Origin: Nitrosopumilaceae archaeon
Lineage (GTDB): Archaea; Thermoproteota; Nitrososphaeria; Nitrososphaerales; Nitrosopumilaceae
DNA: 64,000 nt
Assembly (NCBI GenBank): GCA_965208905.1
Contig: OZ242365.1
Span: 1,728,001 to 1,792,000 of the forward strand
Reading direction: 5' to 3'
Part shown: positions 61,538 to 64,000 of the stretch, piece by piece
Position numbering within the stretch: the first letter of the stretch is position 1
How the letters are laid out: every line of letters starts with the position of its first letter
Made by a program: the position numbers and the translations under genes
The notes under the pieces: model-generated
What the model was told of the DNA's origin: nothing
Seen by the model: the letters and a program-made list of their open reading frames with translations, nothing else
The model's database searches: none

Positions 61538-61824
61538 TCGTTGCTTGCCTCCAAGGTTTTTTTTAAAGCGTCGTTTGCGATTGTCAGATCCCCTATGATT
61601 CGCTTTAGGTCGCCGTTCTCCTTTTTGATGGCCTTTATCGGATCCTTCTTTCCGTGATGGGTCAGTCCGGACTTGCCTGCGTCCATGAACTTTTGCCGCC
61701 AGGCTTGAAACGTTTGGGGATGAACGTTGTGCTTGCGGCACAGCTCGGCCGTGCCAATATTGGTCTTGATTGATTCCAAAACGATCTGGATCTTTTGGTC
61801 TGGAGTAAACTTTGTTCTTACCAT
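61534..61824 (-). CDS. IS3-family OrfA (HTH)
   Basis: AELCRKHNVHPQTFQAWRQKF. Confidence 0.9.
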   Translation of the reverse strand: MVRTKFTPDQKIQIVLESIKTNIGTAELCRKHNVHPQTFQAWRQKFMDAGKSGLTHHGKKDPIKAIKKENGDLKRIIGDLTIANDALKKTLEASND

Positions 61825-61932
61825 GGCATCATCCCTCCCATTACGACTTTAAGCTGTATGAACGTGAGTGTTCTCATTCTAGCGGGGTCCCCACCACTAT
61901 ATTTAAGTATCACCTTAAAAAATGAATATTAA

Positions 61933-64000
61933 ATGATTAAAACAACTTTGGCAATCGCAATGATTGCCATAACGATGACCATAGCAGGAACAGCTTATGC
62001 AGATATACCCGAAGAAGTGATGGTGGGATCAGTCCTGCCGTTGACTGGTGGGTACAGTTCTGTAGGGGTTCAGGTTGATGCCGCAACACAGTTGGCGGTT
62101 ACAGACTTTAACGCATATCTAGAAGAGATGGATGCCGGTTGGCAGTTCGTACTTTCTAGTGAAAATTCAGAAAGCACCGTTCCAGCTGCACTTGATAGAG
62201 TTACTACGCTTAAATCCAAGGGTGTTGATATTATATTCGGCCCAGCCGGATCAGGACGCGTAAACGGTGTGATTGGCTACACAGATGAAAACAATATGCT
62301 GGTACTGTCTTGTTGTAGTACAGCACCAACACTAGCCATACCAAACGACTCAGTATACCGTATAGTTGCAGATGACACAAATCAAGGTAAGGCAATAGGC
62401 AAGCTCTTAGAGGCAGCAGGTGTTGAAGTCGCAGTTCCAGTTTGGATTGGCGATACATACGGAGACGGATTGATAGGTGAAATTACTGATGACTTTGAGT
62501 CTCGTGGAGGCACAGTTGATGATGGTGTAAGGTACAATCCAGACGCTGTAGAGTTTTCCGTAACTGTGGGAACACTAGCTGACATTGTCCAAAAGCATGT
62601 AGATGAACATGGTGCAGACAAAGTAGGCATACCAATAGTTGCATTTGATGAGATAGTATCCATACTACAGACTGCAGACAACTACCCAGTACTAAAACAG
62701 GTACACTGGTTTGGTTCTGAGACCATAGCAGATTCCACCCCCTTAAAAGAAGACAGGATAGCCTTTGGATTCGCCGAAGAAGCGAGTTTTACCGCAGTCC
62801 AAGTGGAAGTTGATACTGGTGACAGGGCTCAACACGTAAGAGAAGGACTAGCTGATAGATTCGGCGATTCGCCAAACGTATTTGCATATACCGGATATGA
62901 CGCTGTATGGCTGGTTGGCCTAAGCATCATAGAAGCAGACAGTGCAGAGGTAGACGACATTAAAGCAGTAATACACAAAGTCGCCGAAGAGTATACTACA
63001 GGAGCTCTTAGGTCTACTGCGCTTAATGAAGCAGGAGATCTGGCTACTGGAAACTACGGACTACGAACAGTTGAGAACGGTGAGTGGGTAAAAGGTGACA
63101 TATACTACTCTGATACCGACACAATACCACCTCCAATACCTGAAGGTACTGTTGTATTTGCAAGCTCGCTACTGCCACTGACTGGCGGATACAGTTCCGT
63201 CGGAGTGCAGGTCAACGCGGCCACAGTATTGGCAGTAGAGCACCTCAACAGCTACCTAGATGCTAATAATGCAGGCTGGAATATGGTACTATTCCAAGAG
63301 AATACCGCCAGTAACCCAGTCATAGCACTCGAGAAGGCTCAGACACTCCATTCACGTGGAGCTGACATTCTCTTCGGCCCTGCGGGTAGCGCACGCGTCA
63401 AAAGCGTCATGAACTACGTAAACGACAACAATATGATATTATTATCGTGTTGTTCCACATCTACTGAGCTGGCAGTGGCAGACGATCGTGTCTTCCGAGT
63501 TGTGGCTGATGATGCCAATCAAGGAAAGGCATTCGGCATACTACTCGCTCACGAAGGTATAGAAGTTGCTGTTCCCCTGTGGATTGGAGACTCGTACGGT
63601 GATAGTTTGAGGAATGCTGCAATGAGTGAATTTGAAGAGCGCGGCGGCACGTATGATGAAGGTATACGGTACAATCCCGATGTAAGAGAGTTCTCCGTAT
63701 CCATAGATGCTCTGGCCAGTACAGTCCAAGGATATGTAGATAGTCACGGCGCAGACAAGGTAGCAATAGTGGTGGTTGCATTTGATGAGATTGTATCCAT
63801 ACTACAGACAGCAGACAGATATCCCGTACTAAAGGAGGTCAAATGGTATGGTTCTGAGACATTAGCACAGAACCCATTCATAGCAAGAGACAGAATAGCC
63901 AGCGACTTTGCCATTGAGGTCGAGTTCAGCGCAATTCAAGTACCTTTGGGTGATGGTCCCAGAGCCCAAGGTGTTACAGATGCTCTGTCAGTACCGTTTG
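61933..64000 (+). CDS. ABC branched-chain amino-acid-type substrate-binding protein with tandem domains (3'-partial, not in the ORF track)
   Basis: Translated by hand: MIKTTLAIAMIAITMTIAGTAYA signal; LPLTGGYSSVGVQV at about 62035 and again at about 63172; FGPAGS twice. Confidence 0.85.
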   Translation, partial: MIKTTLAIAMIAITMTIAGTAYADIPEEVMVGSVLPLTGGYSSVGVQVDAATQLAVTDFNAYLEEMDAGWQFVLSSENSESTVPAALDRVTTLKSKGVDIIFGPAGSGRVNGVIGYTDENNMLVLSCCSTAPTLAIPNDSVYRIVADDTNQGKAIGKLLEAAGVEVAVPVWIGDTYGDGLIGEITDDFESRGGTVDDGVRYNPDAVEFSVTVGTLADIVQKHVDEHGADKVGIPIVAFDEIVSILQTADNYPVLKQVHWFGSETIADSTPLKEDRIAFGFAEEASFTAVQVEVDTGDRAQHVREGLADRFGDSPNVFAYTGYDAVWLVGLSIIEADSAEVDDIKAVIHKVAEEYTTGALRSTALNEAGDLATGNYGLRTVENGEWVKGDIYYSDTDTIPPPIPEGTVVFASSLLPLTGGYSSVGVQVNAATVLAVEHLNSYLDANNAGWNMVLFQENTASNPVIALEKAQTLHSRGADILFGPAGSARVKSVMNYVNDNNMILLSCCSTSTELAVADDRVFRVVADDANQGKAFGILLAHEGIEVAVPLWIGDSYGDSLRNAAMSEFEERGGTYDEGIRYNPDVREFSVSIDALASTVQGYVDSHGADKVAIVVVAFDEIVSILQTADRYPVLKEVKWYGSETLAQNPFIARDRIASDFAIEVEFSAIQVPLGDGPRAQGVTDALSVPF

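Larger units (their letters stand above)
60650..61896 (-). mobile_element. IS3-family element, complete copy
   Basis: Imperfect TIRs TGGAGTGGACCCCATAGAATG and TGGTGGGGACCCCGCTAGAATG; A8 run at the orfA/orfB junction. Confidence 0.93.

Noticed and set aside
1-64000. tRNA/rRNA genes or a tRNA att site
   Set aside because: None recognised by inspection; tRNAscan-SE was not run

Overview
Archaeal DNA, most likely Nitrososphaerota (Thaumarchaeota); this is inferred from psmA, a split-type MetH, a SPOUT methyltransferase, a RadA fragment and PKD/LVIVD/pentapeptide surface proteins. About 0.8-53.6 kb is an accessory region that looks like a large integrated mobile element or a stack of them. It carries its own class II ribonucleotide reductase (with a mini-intein), TBP, Topo VI A+B, a PD-(D/E)XK exonuclease, a rhomboid protease, a divergent crotonase, and a T4SS-like module (intein-containing VirB11-like ATPase, VirD4/HerA-like ATPase, membrane proteins). 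It is bracketed by a degenerate direct repeat of an HTH/pilin/micro-ORF block and holds many IS elements (IS3 x3, IS1595, IS630, IS110) and MITEs. From about 53.8 kb the genes are host-like. Strongest novel signal: a TnpB with intact RuvC motifs inside a transposase-less element (32171-33636) bounded by perfect 24-bp TIRs and an 8-bp TSD. The first 13 bp of these TIRs are identical to those of an autonomous IS1595 element in the same window (42047-44736), which itself carries a methyltransferase-HNH gene frameshifted at a poly-G tract. Other signals: a modular palindromic non-coding array, a recurring C-rich TATA promoter, a possibly split RNR, a thrice-repeated convergent micro-ORF pair, a pilin with a swapped variable region, and a dispersed intergenic motif family. 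All calls come from reading motifs by eye; no database searches were run. No rRNA, tRNA or CRISPR array was recognised.
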